Below are positions 15,261 through 30,932 of a stretch of 64,000 bases of DNA, piece after piece (within the stretch, counting starts at the first letter, position 1; each line of letters opens with the position of its first letter). A program made the position numbers and the translations under genes. This DNA comes from the human T2T-CHM13v2.0 reference genome, Homo sapiens. The stretch lies in assembly GCF_009914755.1 (NCBI RefSeq), contig NC_060931.1; one strand, 5' to 3'. Under the pieces are notes generated by a model. That model searched no databases. It had not been told where the DNA came from and worked only from the letters and a program-made list of their open reading frames with translations.

Positions 15261-16419
15261 GGGAGAAGAAAAGGCTCCCCGGAAAAGCCACAGGGAGGAA
15301 GGACCCTCCCATGCACACGGTGGGGTGCGTTCAGAAGTGGGGGGATGGAGGGAAAAGGAGAGGGGTCAGGCACCCTCGGTGAAGTGGAGAATTGAGCAGG
15401 GGCCTGGGGACACAGAGACACATAAGGGCCAGGGGTCATACCGAAAATGCAAGCACACAGGCTCTTCTGGCCACTCAACCCAGGGAGCAGAAAACAGAGG
15501 TGCCAGAGCTCTCAGAGATTCCGAAATCCACACCTCTCTGGTCCTTTCCAGAAAACCCTTCCAGGGGGCAGCTCAGCCTGGGGACAACCACAGAAGTGGG
15601 ACCTGGGCCCAAAGACAGGTGTCACCTGAAACAGGCCACTGTTGTCCGCCTGCAGTATGCTGGGAGGACCAGCTCCCGCTCCACCCTGCTCCCCCTGGGA
15701 GGAAGGCTGACCCCTGCGTGGGAGTGTGACTGCTGGAAAGGCATCCTTGCTGCAGCTGTGAGTGTGATGGGACAGCAGAGTCACTCCTGCATGGGATTCT
15801 AGGGCTGGGGGTCCCAGAGGGGTGGCCTCCGCCCCTCCTGGGGGCCGAGGACTGTCACCATGTCACTACGGCACTCTCCAGCTGCTGACCAAAGCCCTCG
15901 CTAACCGCAGCCCTGCCATACTCTGGGTCTTTCCTCTGGAGCAAGGTGAAGAGACTGCAGCGAGGCGTGGAATTGGGAAGCTCTTCTGGTTTTATTAAAA
16001 ACTCGTTCCACCACAGGAGTCAGCCTGGCCACTCAGGTGTGGGGCGGGTCTCTCCTCATTTAGCTTTCACCTGCGTGCCCAGGGATAGGAGAAAAACGGC
16101 ACAGAGGGAGGTTGTAGGGAGTAAGCATCCTGCCCTGGCAAAGCTGAGTGAACGTGGGTAGCTTCAGCCCAGTGAAGCAGCAGCAGGGACGCCTGTGGAA
16201 ACCTGGGTGGAGGTGCCTTCTGACCTTGGTTTGTCTGGGCCAGGGGGCGAATGCTTCTGGCAGTGGAGCTTCCAGGCCCGGAAAACCCAGGCCTCTTCTC
16301 CTCACGTGGGCCCTCAGGTGCTTGTGGACTGCCCGGAGACAGAACAGAACTGAGGGTGGGAGGGCCTGCTTTTGCCTGCAGAACACCCTGAAATGTCCCA
16401 TTTACCCAGCTCTCTCCAG

Positions 16420-16920
16420 GGCCCGCACAGTCCAAACTTCTCTGGCCTCAACTCCTACCACTGTGCCTTTGCTCACTCTCGACCAGCCACGGTGGCTTCC
16501 TTGCTGCTCCTTGAGCGGTCAAGCGTGCTCCCTCTTTCTGGAGGTCTCCTCCTCCAGTATCCACATGGCTGTGTGCCTGGCCTCCTTCAGTTTTTTAATG
16601 TGGTCTTCTCAATGAGGCAGAGCCAGGGCTAGGGTGAGGCGAGTGAGGCAGCAAGGGCTTTCCTGCCCTCTCTGGTTAAAACTGTATAGTCTTCCCCTCT
16701 GCTCAGGACTCTCCACTCCCTGTCCTCTTCCCAAAGAATGGAACACCATCTTGTTTAGTACACACCTTGTTTATTGCCAGACTTTCTCCATTGGAATGGA
16801 AGTGCCATGAGGACTGGAAACGTCTCTGCCTTGTTCTTGTTCTGTCTGTATTCTTTAGAGCCTAGCACATAGTAGATGCTCAGTGTACGCTGTCAGATGG
16901 AGGGGTGGATGGGGGGATAA
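16420..16920. mobile_element. L2 fragments
   Basis: gaatggaagtgccatgagga...gcctagcacatagtagatgctcag L2 3'-end motif. Confidence 0.55.
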
Positions 16921-17169
16921 ATGGGGCCATGGGGTCAGTAGGCTGTGTCCTTCCCCAGTTCCCCTTCCAACAAGTGGGAAGTGTGCTGCGGCCTTAGAAG
17001 AGGCTGGCAGAGTGGCATAACACACTCCTGGTGAAGCACACGATGTGAGGCACAGAGGTTACAACTAAAAAGAAAAACAGACTGGCCTTAAAAAGATAAC
17101 GAAGGTGGATGCTGTTACTGCCACCAGGCCCGTAGCCCCAGCCAGGCTTTAAGAGTCCTTCCACATCGA

Positions 17170-17489
<320 letters not shown>

Positions 17490-18663
17490 CTAGCACAATT
17501 GGAGAAATTAAATTCATCCTGAGGCCAAGACTCTGCCCGCTAGGAAAAGCAGGGTGGAGGGCAATAGCCCAGGTGTGCTCCCTGCCCCTACCCCACACCA
17601 AAGACTTTTGGGGATTGTGCAGGGGCAGTGGCAATGAGGCAGCTCTCTGTGGGTTCAGCCCAAGTGGGATGTGCTGGAGGCCTCCACCACTACCGATGGG
17701 CTCAGCCTGGCAGCGCACTGGGAGGGGTTGGGGGAGAGGAAAGAGGGGAGAAGACCCTCTTAGAACCACACTAGCCCTTCTCTCAGACAGGCAGCCCTGA
17801 CACCTGCACCGGGGGCTCCATGCTCCTGTCTGCTTCCTGTTCCTCGCTGTGTGTAACCAGCAACAACAGGTTTCAAAGTCCATCCATTGAAACCCCCACT
17901 TGCAAAGGGAGTCACCTTCAATTTCCTGCCCGCCTGCCTCTTTCCTGATTCACCTGATAAATTCAGGACAGCTTTTATTGCTTTTGGCGAAAAACTGCCA
18001 TTAAGATTTACAGAGCTGAAAGCTGGTACAATGTAATCTTCAGAGTAATTTACGCAGTGAGTTTCAAAAGATGAAAAGTTAGCATTTCAGAGGTAATTTC
18101 ATAAAAAGGATTATCAGATTAATCACTGTGTCAATTTAATAGCGGTGTCTCAAATAATTAATTTGCTTTCTTGAAGTCAGCAATGCAAGAAAGGACTCTA
18201 AAAGGAATACAAATGGCTGTGTCAGACAGTAAGTATGTGTTGGGCAATTGATCTTGAGAGAATTCTTCTTGGAATTACACCGGTGGAATGTCAGGCATGG
18301 GCTCATTGGCACAGAGACAAAACCAGAAAGTGAAAAGCTCTTGGTACACCCAGGTCTCCCGGAGAGCCTTGGGACGTGACTGCTGGGGGCTTGTCTGTAC
18401 CCACAGAGCGAAAGCTGACCTGCCACGTGTTGAATTGTCCTGTGTCACCTGGAAAATGTGTCTAACCAAGCAAGCCACTGACAGGTTGCTCTAATGGGAG
18501 ATCCAGGTGTGAATTGCAGCCTGCTTGTGAAATTACCCATGGGTGCTCCGAGGTGGAATATAATCAATGCCTGGGCTGGTTATAAACGCAGCCCTCCCTG
18601 TTTCATAGCAACACCACTCCAATCAGCTGCCACATGGCAGGGCAGGGCTGTGTCCTTAGTGGA

Positions 18664-19416
<753 letters not shown>

Positions 19417-19445
19417 GTGGGGCCTCGTGGAAAGAGTCGACTTGA

Positions 19446-19950
<505 letters not shown>

Positions 19951-19977
19951 CTATACTTTTTCCTAAAGAACTGAAAG

Positions 19978-20256
<279 letters not shown>

Positions 20257-20519
20257 GACTCACATTCTTTCTCCTGGGGTTGCTGACCTAAGGCTCTGAG
20301 CCTGGAGCTGACAGGAGCCCTGTGACCTCTGCCTGAGGACAGCCTGCCCTAAAGAGAACAAGCCAGCAAAGTAGAGTGGACTCTGGCGACACATGCATAC
20401 CTGGATCCACACACTTGGCCAGGTGTTTTAGCTGCACAAGCTCTGCAGAAAAGCCTCCTTGGCTTTAAACAATACATGGTTTTGGGTCTCAGCAATTCTG
20501 CTTAGAAATGTAATATTCT

Positions 20520-20827
20520 GGCCCGGTGCGGTGACTCACTCCTGTAATCCCAGCACTTTGGGAGGCTGAGGCAGGCGGATCACTTGAGCCCAGGAGTTCA
20601 AGAGCAGCCTGGGCAACATGGCAAAAGCCCATCTCTACAAAAAAAATATAAAAATTAGCTGGGTGCAGTGGTATGCTCCTGTACTCCCAGCTGCTAGGGG
20701 GCTGAGGTGGGAGGATTGCTTCAGCCTGGGAGGCAGAGGCTGCGGTGAGCCGAGATGGCGCCACTGCACTTCAGCGTGGGCAGCAGAGTGAAACCCTGTC
20801 TCAAAAAAAAGAAAAAAAAAAAAAAAG
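20520..20827 (+). mobile_element. AluJ
   Basis: Alu consensus plus A-tail. Confidence 0.88.
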
Positions 20828-22245
20828 AAATATTTTGGTCCTTGCCTTCCTCCTCGCCAAAGAGAAAATCCACACTCAGAAGGTTGTGCTAATCAAGCAC
20901 AAGGATAAAGTCAGGGTGACCAGGAGAGTGCCAGACCAATGGTAGGTGTTTGATTAGATACCCCAGGGGCCACTGATGCTACATTTAACAGCCTGAAAGG
21001 AGCTGTGGTGCCAGCCTCCTGAGTGGCACCACCCACCCGGCTGCCTCCAGCCCTCGCTGCCGTTACAGGGGGCTTTTCCCAGGGTGCTCTTCTCACCCTT
21101 CGGGGAGCAGGCTGTCTCCTCAACACCATCTCTTTCCACCAGTTTGGCCTCCGCCATCTTTGTAGTCTGGATTGCTCCCTGGGAGGATGACGGTTAGTCC
21201 CTTCAGGAAGGGCACCAGTGTCCAAGAGGCTGATGACCCCTGGGGTCTGTGTGTGACACCCAACCTGTACCCAGGGTGAAGCTTCCGCGGCTGAGGAGCT
21301 TCCATGGGAGTCTGAGGCGGGCAGCAGGGTGTAAGGGGAGCCAGCCTAGTTGGCTCAAGGCTGCTAGCAAGCCCTTCAGTGGGGAGATCTACCTCCAACA
21401 GCTTCCTCCTCAACAGCCCTCTTGGGGAAGAAGAGCCCAGCTGCTCCCTCGCTGCGCTTCCAAGAGCGGAGCCCAAGCCCCAGCTGTGGTTTCCACTCTG
21501 CCGCCCCGTCCAGTCTTCCCGCCTGCCTTGGCCTCTTTTTCACAGGGCCACACCAAATGGGGCAGGGGCCACTCCACCATTGCCAGAGGAGAACGCATGG
21601 GAACCTTCCATGGAGGCACTGCCCTCCCGGCTCCAGAAGCCTAGGCTCCCTTGCAGTGGCTCCTTGAAAAAGGGACAGCCAGCACGAGCCACCAAACCTC
21701 TCTCCTCTGCTTGAATGTCACCGTGGGCAGTGTGCCTCTTCCCCACCTTTCCACCATAGACTTAGGTTCAGACTCTCCCTGGTGAGAGCAAGGTGGCTCC
21801 AGGAAGAAGTGTAAATCATAGACTTGGGCTTGTAGGAAGAATTAGAACTCTTTTTTTGTCTTTTCCACCAGCATAATTTATTTCCTGCTCCCAGACTTCT
21901 GCACCTGTCTGCACTGGGGGCCTCCTGTGGTACCTTGACCTGCCAGCCCTTCCTGAAGATGCTGCGTCGTAACGTTTAGCCTGGAATAGGGGACAGAGGG
22001 CTGGCTTGGGGCGGCGGCAGTGGGATGCAGGAAGCAAACGGTATTTTAAACCTAAGCTGCTTAGGGGCATAACTCTTCCTCATTTGGAAAGTCTTTTTTT
22101 TTTTTCTTTTTAAACTTGGGTCCTCGAATGGTAGAATTGCTCACTCTTCCCTGGGAGGAAAGTCAGGCCCAGATGGTGTTATCCATTTCCCATCCAGTCT
22201 GGCAAGATCACAGGAAGGGCCAGCTGGTGGCTTCCTTGTTATTGT

Positions 22246-22541
<296 letters not shown>

Positions 22542-23551
22542 TAATTTTTTTTACCTTCTACTGATTAAAGTTTTGAAATTTCGAGAGGCCAGATGGGAAC
22601 CAAATAATATGGCCCTTTTGGTTTTCTTTTAATGAGACCAGGTTTGGGAGAGACCTTGGAGAGACCTGAGATGGTGAAGCTGTCTGCTGGGTACCCTGGG
22701 ACCTATTGCCCAGAGGGCTTGGCAAGCCGTGAGTTCTTTCATCCTCCTTCCTACAGGGAGTATTGCCTCTGTTTTTCCAGAAGATTCTTGTAATGGTTTC
22801 TGTAGGACCGTGCACTTCACAGGCTTCAGTTAAAATTGGACTCAGCTTGTGGGTGGAGAGACTAAAGCCTTGTGAAGACGTTTGATCCTGCAAGTCCTCA
22901 AAGCCTCCTGCTCCCCCGGGGCGGCCGGGCACATGAATATGGAGAGTGGCATTGAAGATGTGCTGTCTCCTTCCCAGATCCTGCTGCCTGGGGACCAGCA
23001 GTGAGGCCCTCTTCCTGCAGAAGGGCACTCTCAGTCTTGCTGGGCTAGAGGAGGAAGCCACGGGGGTGGTGGCTGCAAAGGGCTGGGCACAGAGAGAGAC
23101 CTGGCAAGGTGACCGGGGGAGGTGACTGGGCTCAGGCTGGCACCTGTCCCACCTCACTGTCAGCCAAGCAGATGGAGAGGTGGGTGCTCTGCCCGTTGCA
23201 GCCACCTGCCCTGCGGCCTCTGCTGTGCCCGTTTCTGCTCTGGGTCCGCCAGCAGGAGCTCAGCCCTCATCCTCATGTTCATCTAGTGAGGCGGGGGGAG
23301 GCGGTCATCCCAGGCAGGTGTGGGTGCAGAAGAGGCAGCCGCAGGTGTGGGGCCATTGCAGCGAGGGGCCCTGCCCTGTTCCTCCAGGAACTCCCACGGG
23401 CTCTTAGAGTCTCTCCAGGTTGTCGCCATTTCACTTCCGCCTGCAGTTGGGCATGGGCTGTGTACGGAACACACATTAGACCCTGGGGAACAAAAAGGAA
23501 ACAAAAACAGGAAATGTGTCTGCTCTCAAGGATATTATTAAAATGGTGAGA

Positions 23552-23900
<349 letters not shown>

Positions 23901-24184
23901 CTACCCACGAAATGGCCTGAGAACAAAACGCACCCAGTGGCCGTGATATTCATGCTACTTAAACCAGAAGGCTTCGAATGGGCACAGTGCAGTGAGGCTG
24001 AGGGGGCTAATCAGAGGAGATATTAAATGTTCAAGAACACTAGCATGCAAGAACAACTGTGACCCAGGGAGATGTTTGCTACCAAGTACACTGTGGGGCC
24101 CCACCACCCCAGAAAGGCGCATCAGCAGGTACTAAGGAAGACCGGGCCATGGCTCCCCGAGGTCGCGCTGTGTGAACTCACCAG

Positions 24185-24968
<784 letters not shown>

Positions 24969-25074
24969 TAGGAAGGCACCAAGGCCCTTCCCTGCAGCAG
25001 CCCTAGGAAGTACTGTACATCAGGTTTCCCTTAGGGAACTCTGCTCCAGGGCAGTGCAGGCACAAGCCGCATTG

Positions 25075-26300
25075 CGTCATATCACACAAACACACCACAG
25101 GCCACACAAACCACATCACACATGCCACAAGCCACACATACCACATCAGACACACACACGCCACAGGCCACACACACATCACACACACACACACCACAGG
25201 CCACACATCACACAAACACATCACACCACAAACCACACACACATCACACACACACATCACACACACCACATCACACACACCACAGACCACACACACATCA
25301 CACACAAGCCACACACACATCACACACCACATCACACACACACCACAAGCCACACACACATCTCACACACACATCACATACACACCACAGACCACAAACC
25401 ACACACAAGCCACACACACATCACACACACACATCACACACACCACAAGCCACACACACCTCACACACACATCACACACACACCACAGACCACAAACCAC
25501 ACACAAGCCACACACACATCACACACACAAGCCACACACACAAGCCACACATACCACAAGCCACACATACAAGCCACACATGCCACATCATACACACATC
25601 ACAAGCCACATACACCACAGACCACAAACCACACACAAGCCACACACACATCACAAACACACACCATAAGCCACATACACCACATCACACAAACACACAC
25701 ACCACAGGCCACACACACCACAAATAAAAAACCACACACTACAAGCCACACATACAAGCCACACACACATCACACACCACAAGCCACCCACATCACAGAA
25801 ACACACACCAGAAACAACATACCACATCACACACACCACAAGCCGCACACACATCACACACACACACACACTGCAAGCCACACAAACATACCACAAAACA
25901 CACACCACACAAATACACATCACACACCGCAAGCCACACACACTGCAGACCACACACACACACACAAGCCACAGATACATACCACAAACCACACACACCA
26001 CACATCACACAAACACCACCCAACACTCACCCATACAACCTGCTAACCCCCACACACCATATACCACGCATACACATTGGAGCTACACATACCACATACA
26101 CCACAAACCAGAAACACACACACACCATATACACAGCCCCATACATGTATTGCACACACCATATGCACCACACAAATACACCCTCACACCCCTCTACACA
26201 CCCCACACCTACACAAACCACATACACCACAAACCACATACACCCCACACAAACATACGCACCATGCACCACACACCACACCCTCACACTGCAACCACAT
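25075..26300. repeat. CA-rich degenerate simple/low-complexity repeat (CACAC, CACAT, CACAAG units)
   Basis: ~1.2 kb nearly devoid of G/T on the + strand; produces spurious His/Thr and Cys/Val ORFs. Confidence 0.95.
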
Positions 26301-28616
26301 TCCCCAGATACACCAGAGGCCCATGGCCCCCTGCCCTGCGTGGGAGTCTGTGACGGGGACTTAGGAACTGTGACTCCAGGCAGGGCACGTTTGCCACGCA
26401 CGCAGGCAGGCAGCACGGGCAGGAGCAGACAGTGGCTCACTCAGCCCGTTTTCGCCTTTGGAGACAAACTGCGTCCCTGCCTCCTGAGGGCTGTGCTGTG
26501 CGGAGGAGCAGAGGCCCCTGGTTACGGCCCCCTGACTCAGAGCCGGGGATTTTTGATCTCTTTTTGCAGACGGAGAACACGGATGCAGGGAAGAAAAGAG
26601 TTCAGCCAGGGGTGGCAGCCACTGGGCCCCGAGCAGACTCTGCCTGCGGTCCCCACTGGGAGTGGCTCCGGCGGGGAAGGGGCTGGCGCGCTGGCAGCCA
26701 GGGTCTTCCTGGGGGGCACTCGGGCAGAGGCCAGGGCCGGGCCAGACCACACGGACTCTTCCCTCCCCACCCCAGCCAGGGCAGAGAAGCTTCTGGCAGG
26801 AGAACAGCAAACCTAAGTGACCACCACAGGGGTGTGAACCTCCCCGGCCTCTGGGGCCATGGGGGCAGCCGCGGAGAGGCTGGGCCTGGCGCTGGTACCC
26901 GGGGAACCGCCTGGCTCCAAAGAGCAGCTCAGAAAAGTCAGTGGAGCCAGTTCCTGAACAGCCACGGGGACCGGTAGGAGGAAGGAGGAAGGAGAGGCCG
27001 TTTTTGACCTTCCTCCCTCTCCCTGCCTGGTCCAGGCGCACAACGGCAGCAGCCCCTGTGGAGGGCAGGGTTTAGGCATAGGGCCCCTTACAGGCCTGCG
27101 GGTCTCCCTCAGCTCCAGGGAGGCGCCGGCCTCGGCCTGCCGTCTTCTCACGGGTCCCAGGCCCTCTCTCTGCCCACGGCCACCCTGCCTCCCTCCACCT
27201 GAGCCCTGTCAGGCCCTCTCTCCAGAGCTCAGGGAGATGCTGTGGGGGAGGAAGGAGAGTGGCAGTCAGTTCTGCAAAGCATCTTCTAGAAAGGGGCCAC
27301 AGAGTCCACCGATCAAGGGCTGTGGGCACCCAGGCACTATGGGCTGAGGGTCCCTGGCCGCTTGGCAAACACCTCACAGCTCTCGAGCCCACGGGAGCAG
27401 GTGAGAAACAGTTGCGTTTCTTTTGCCCACAACTCCCCATGTTACAGGAAACTAGTGATCATCGGCCTCCGTGTCCTCAGTGAGGCAGGGACAGCTGTGT
27501 TGGTGTGGCCCTGGAGCCTTTGGGGAGACCGTAGCAGGGCCACACTGCTTCAAGGTGAGACAGAAAAAGGTGCCTTCTCACACCTGGGCTTCCAGGTTCT
27601 AATGCATACACATGAGAGCTACACATACCACATACACCACAAACCCAGGGTGTGGGTTTGGCCTGGGCTGTGTGCTCCACCTGGGGGCTGTCCCAGGCCG
27701 GGGCAGTGCTGCCAGGGTGTGAAGGGGACACGGTGCCCAACTGCTTCTGCTTTGCTCACAGCTCTCAGCACCTCAGGAGCCAGAACCCCTCAGGGTGTGG
27801 TGGGGACAGCAGGGGGGTGGCGGGCAGGGGTGTGGTGGGTGGTGGGGAGGGCCAGGCCTGGTCAGAAGCCAGGAGGCGAGCCAGGCCCGAGGCTGACACA
27901 AGCCGGCTCTGGGCTCCAGCCAGGAGCAGGTGGCCATGAGAAGCCAGGCTCCCTGCCCCTCCTCGGGAGGCCCCGCAGGAGCCCTGGCACCTTTCCAAGT
28001 GCCAGCTGCGCAGCCTGGCCCAGAGTCCGGGCCCAGGAGGGCCCGCAGTGCCTGCAGCTGCCTGGGGACCACATGCGTGACTGGCTGGCCCCCTGCTCAT
28101 CCCGCCTCTCTCCTCCGCCTGGCTTCGCGCCGCCTGCCTGCCCTCGGGGACAAGCGTGCCCATCTGACACCTCAGCGCCTGCCCATTCCCCGGGACCAGG
28201 CCATCTGGCCTCGCTGCTGCCTCTGCTCTGTGCAACCCCCATGCCGCAGCCCGTCGCCTCCTGCTCCAGCCTCCGCCAGGACTGTCCTGTGCGCCCATCA
28301 GGGTGTCCTTGGTACCTGGCTGGCAGGCTGTGCCCAGCCAGGAAGTCCTCCTGTAAGCTCTGCATGCATCTCGGTGCCAAGGGGCACAGCCCTCAGCACG
28401 GAGGTGGCCGTGGAGGGGATTATCAGAGTGCAGGGGCCCAGCTCTCCCTTGTCAGGCCACTGTCAGGCCTTCCTGTGACCCTCCCAATGGCGTGACCTCT
28501 TGTCTCCGCTTTGACCAGAGGCTGGAAGAGTCTGACCCAAGCAGGCAACAGGAGGTGCAGGGAGGGTTAGAGGAGCCAGCCTGGGGGGAAAGCCAGGAGG
28601 AAACAAGCCCCCCAGC

Positions 28617-28636
28617 AGCGCCGCCAGGGGGCGTCC
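28617..28636 (+). promoter_or_regulatory. CTCF core motif (GCG CCGCCAGGGGGCG TCC)
   Basis: CCGCCAGGGGGCG at 28621-28633 matches the CTCF core consensus CCRCCAGGGGGCG. Confidence 0.65.
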
Positions 28637-29196
28637 TCTTGCAGCAGTGTCCTGAGGCCACGCTTCTAGAAAGGCCTCGAACCCCAGCACCAGCAGGGCC
28701 TGGGCACTGACAGGCCCACTCTGGGCTTCTGGGCCGTCTGTAAAACAAGACAGTCCAACTGTTTGATCTCCAAGGCCCCTTCTAAGCTTTTCTGAGCTGT
28801 GACAAGGACAAAATCTCACCAAAAAACCTGAAGCAGCTGGAAAAGCCAACGCTACTGGCATGGGGTGCTTCATATTGTAAACCACACCTATGTGTGTGAT
28901 GTGGGGTGGGCCACAGAGGTGTCTTCACAGGCCTGCACCCAGCCTGCATGGGCCCTTAGGAGGGCTCTGTGCTGGGTGTAATGCCCTGCTGTGGCTGTCT
29001 TGAAATTCTTGAACAGAGGGCCCCACGTTTTCATTTTGCTCTGGTTCTCTCGCAAATTATGTAGTTGGCGCTGGCTAAAAATACTTGGAATGTTGTTCCA
29101 GAAGCACTGTGGACATGTCTACATTGTTTTTGCTCTGCAGGATTTATTGAACATTTCATTTCCAGTGCCTGGGGAAGGGACAGAAGATGAATCAAT

Positions 29197-29506
<310 letters not shown>

Positions 29507-29839
29507 TTAAGGAAGCGCTTGGTGAGAGTAAGAGGTTTCAAGGGAACTGATGAGTCCTCCATCCGCAGCAGTGACCGTCCCCAGAGTCAGGTGTAGCCAA
29601 GGCTCTGTGGGCTTATTTAGACATCTCCTGTGGGGTTGGACTGCTGCTTTTGATTCATAGCCATCCTCTTCTTCCTTTGTGTTAGATTCTTAGCTGAACA
29701 TGGCCACAGAGAACCAAAATTACTTTGCCCAGGTTCCCTTGCAGCTATAAGTGTTCACGTGAACAAGTGCTGGCCACACGGGATGTACGTGGAAGCATCT
29801 GCCACCACTCAGGAACCTTCCTTCAGAAAGAGCTGGTGT

Positions 29840-30150
29840 GGGCCTGGCGCGGTGGCTCACACCCATAGTCCCAACATTTTGGGAGGCTGAGGCAGGAGGA
29901 TTATTTGAGCCTGGGAGTTCAAGACCAGCCTGGGCAATAAAGCAAGAACCCCATCTTTACAAAAAATACAAAAATTAGCTGGACATGGTGGCATGTGCCT
30001 GTGGTCCCATCTACTCCAGAGGCTGAGGCAGGAGCATCACCTGAGCTCAGGAGGTTGAGGTTTGCAGTGAGCCGTGATTGTGCCACAGCACTCCAGCCTG
30101 GGTGACAGAATGAGACCTTGTCTCAAAAAACAAAACAAAATAAATAAAAT
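29840..30150 (+). mobile_element. AluJ
   Basis: Alu consensus. Confidence 0.85.
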
Positions 30151-30160
30151 TTAAATTTAA

Positions 30161-30454
<294 letters not shown>

Positions 30455-30617
30455 AATTTTTTCTTTTTAAACAAAGAGCTGGTTTGTATCCTTCCTTCTG
30501 AGTTGTATTTTTGATCTATAACTTAGCAGGAAAGTTTTAAACCCTTAAGACTAAAGGAGTCGGAAGAACATGTTATTTGTTGTATCAATTCACAGTAGAA
30601 ATTTTCGTTAAGAGTGA

Positions 30618-30932
<315 letters not shown>

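Noticed and set aside
14002-15478. Cluster of 90-160 aa ORFs on both strands
   Set aside because: Expected from CpG-island composition; no coding motif or consistent splice structure
21761-21772. 12-mer cttaggttcaga shared with ~33927 (SEPK in both exon-like segments)
   Set aside because: Too short; flanks do not align; plausible by chance in 64 kb
27362-28495. 377-aa + strand ORF
   Set aside because: Non-ATG start, very GC-rich, overlapping long ORFs in several frames, no recognisable domain
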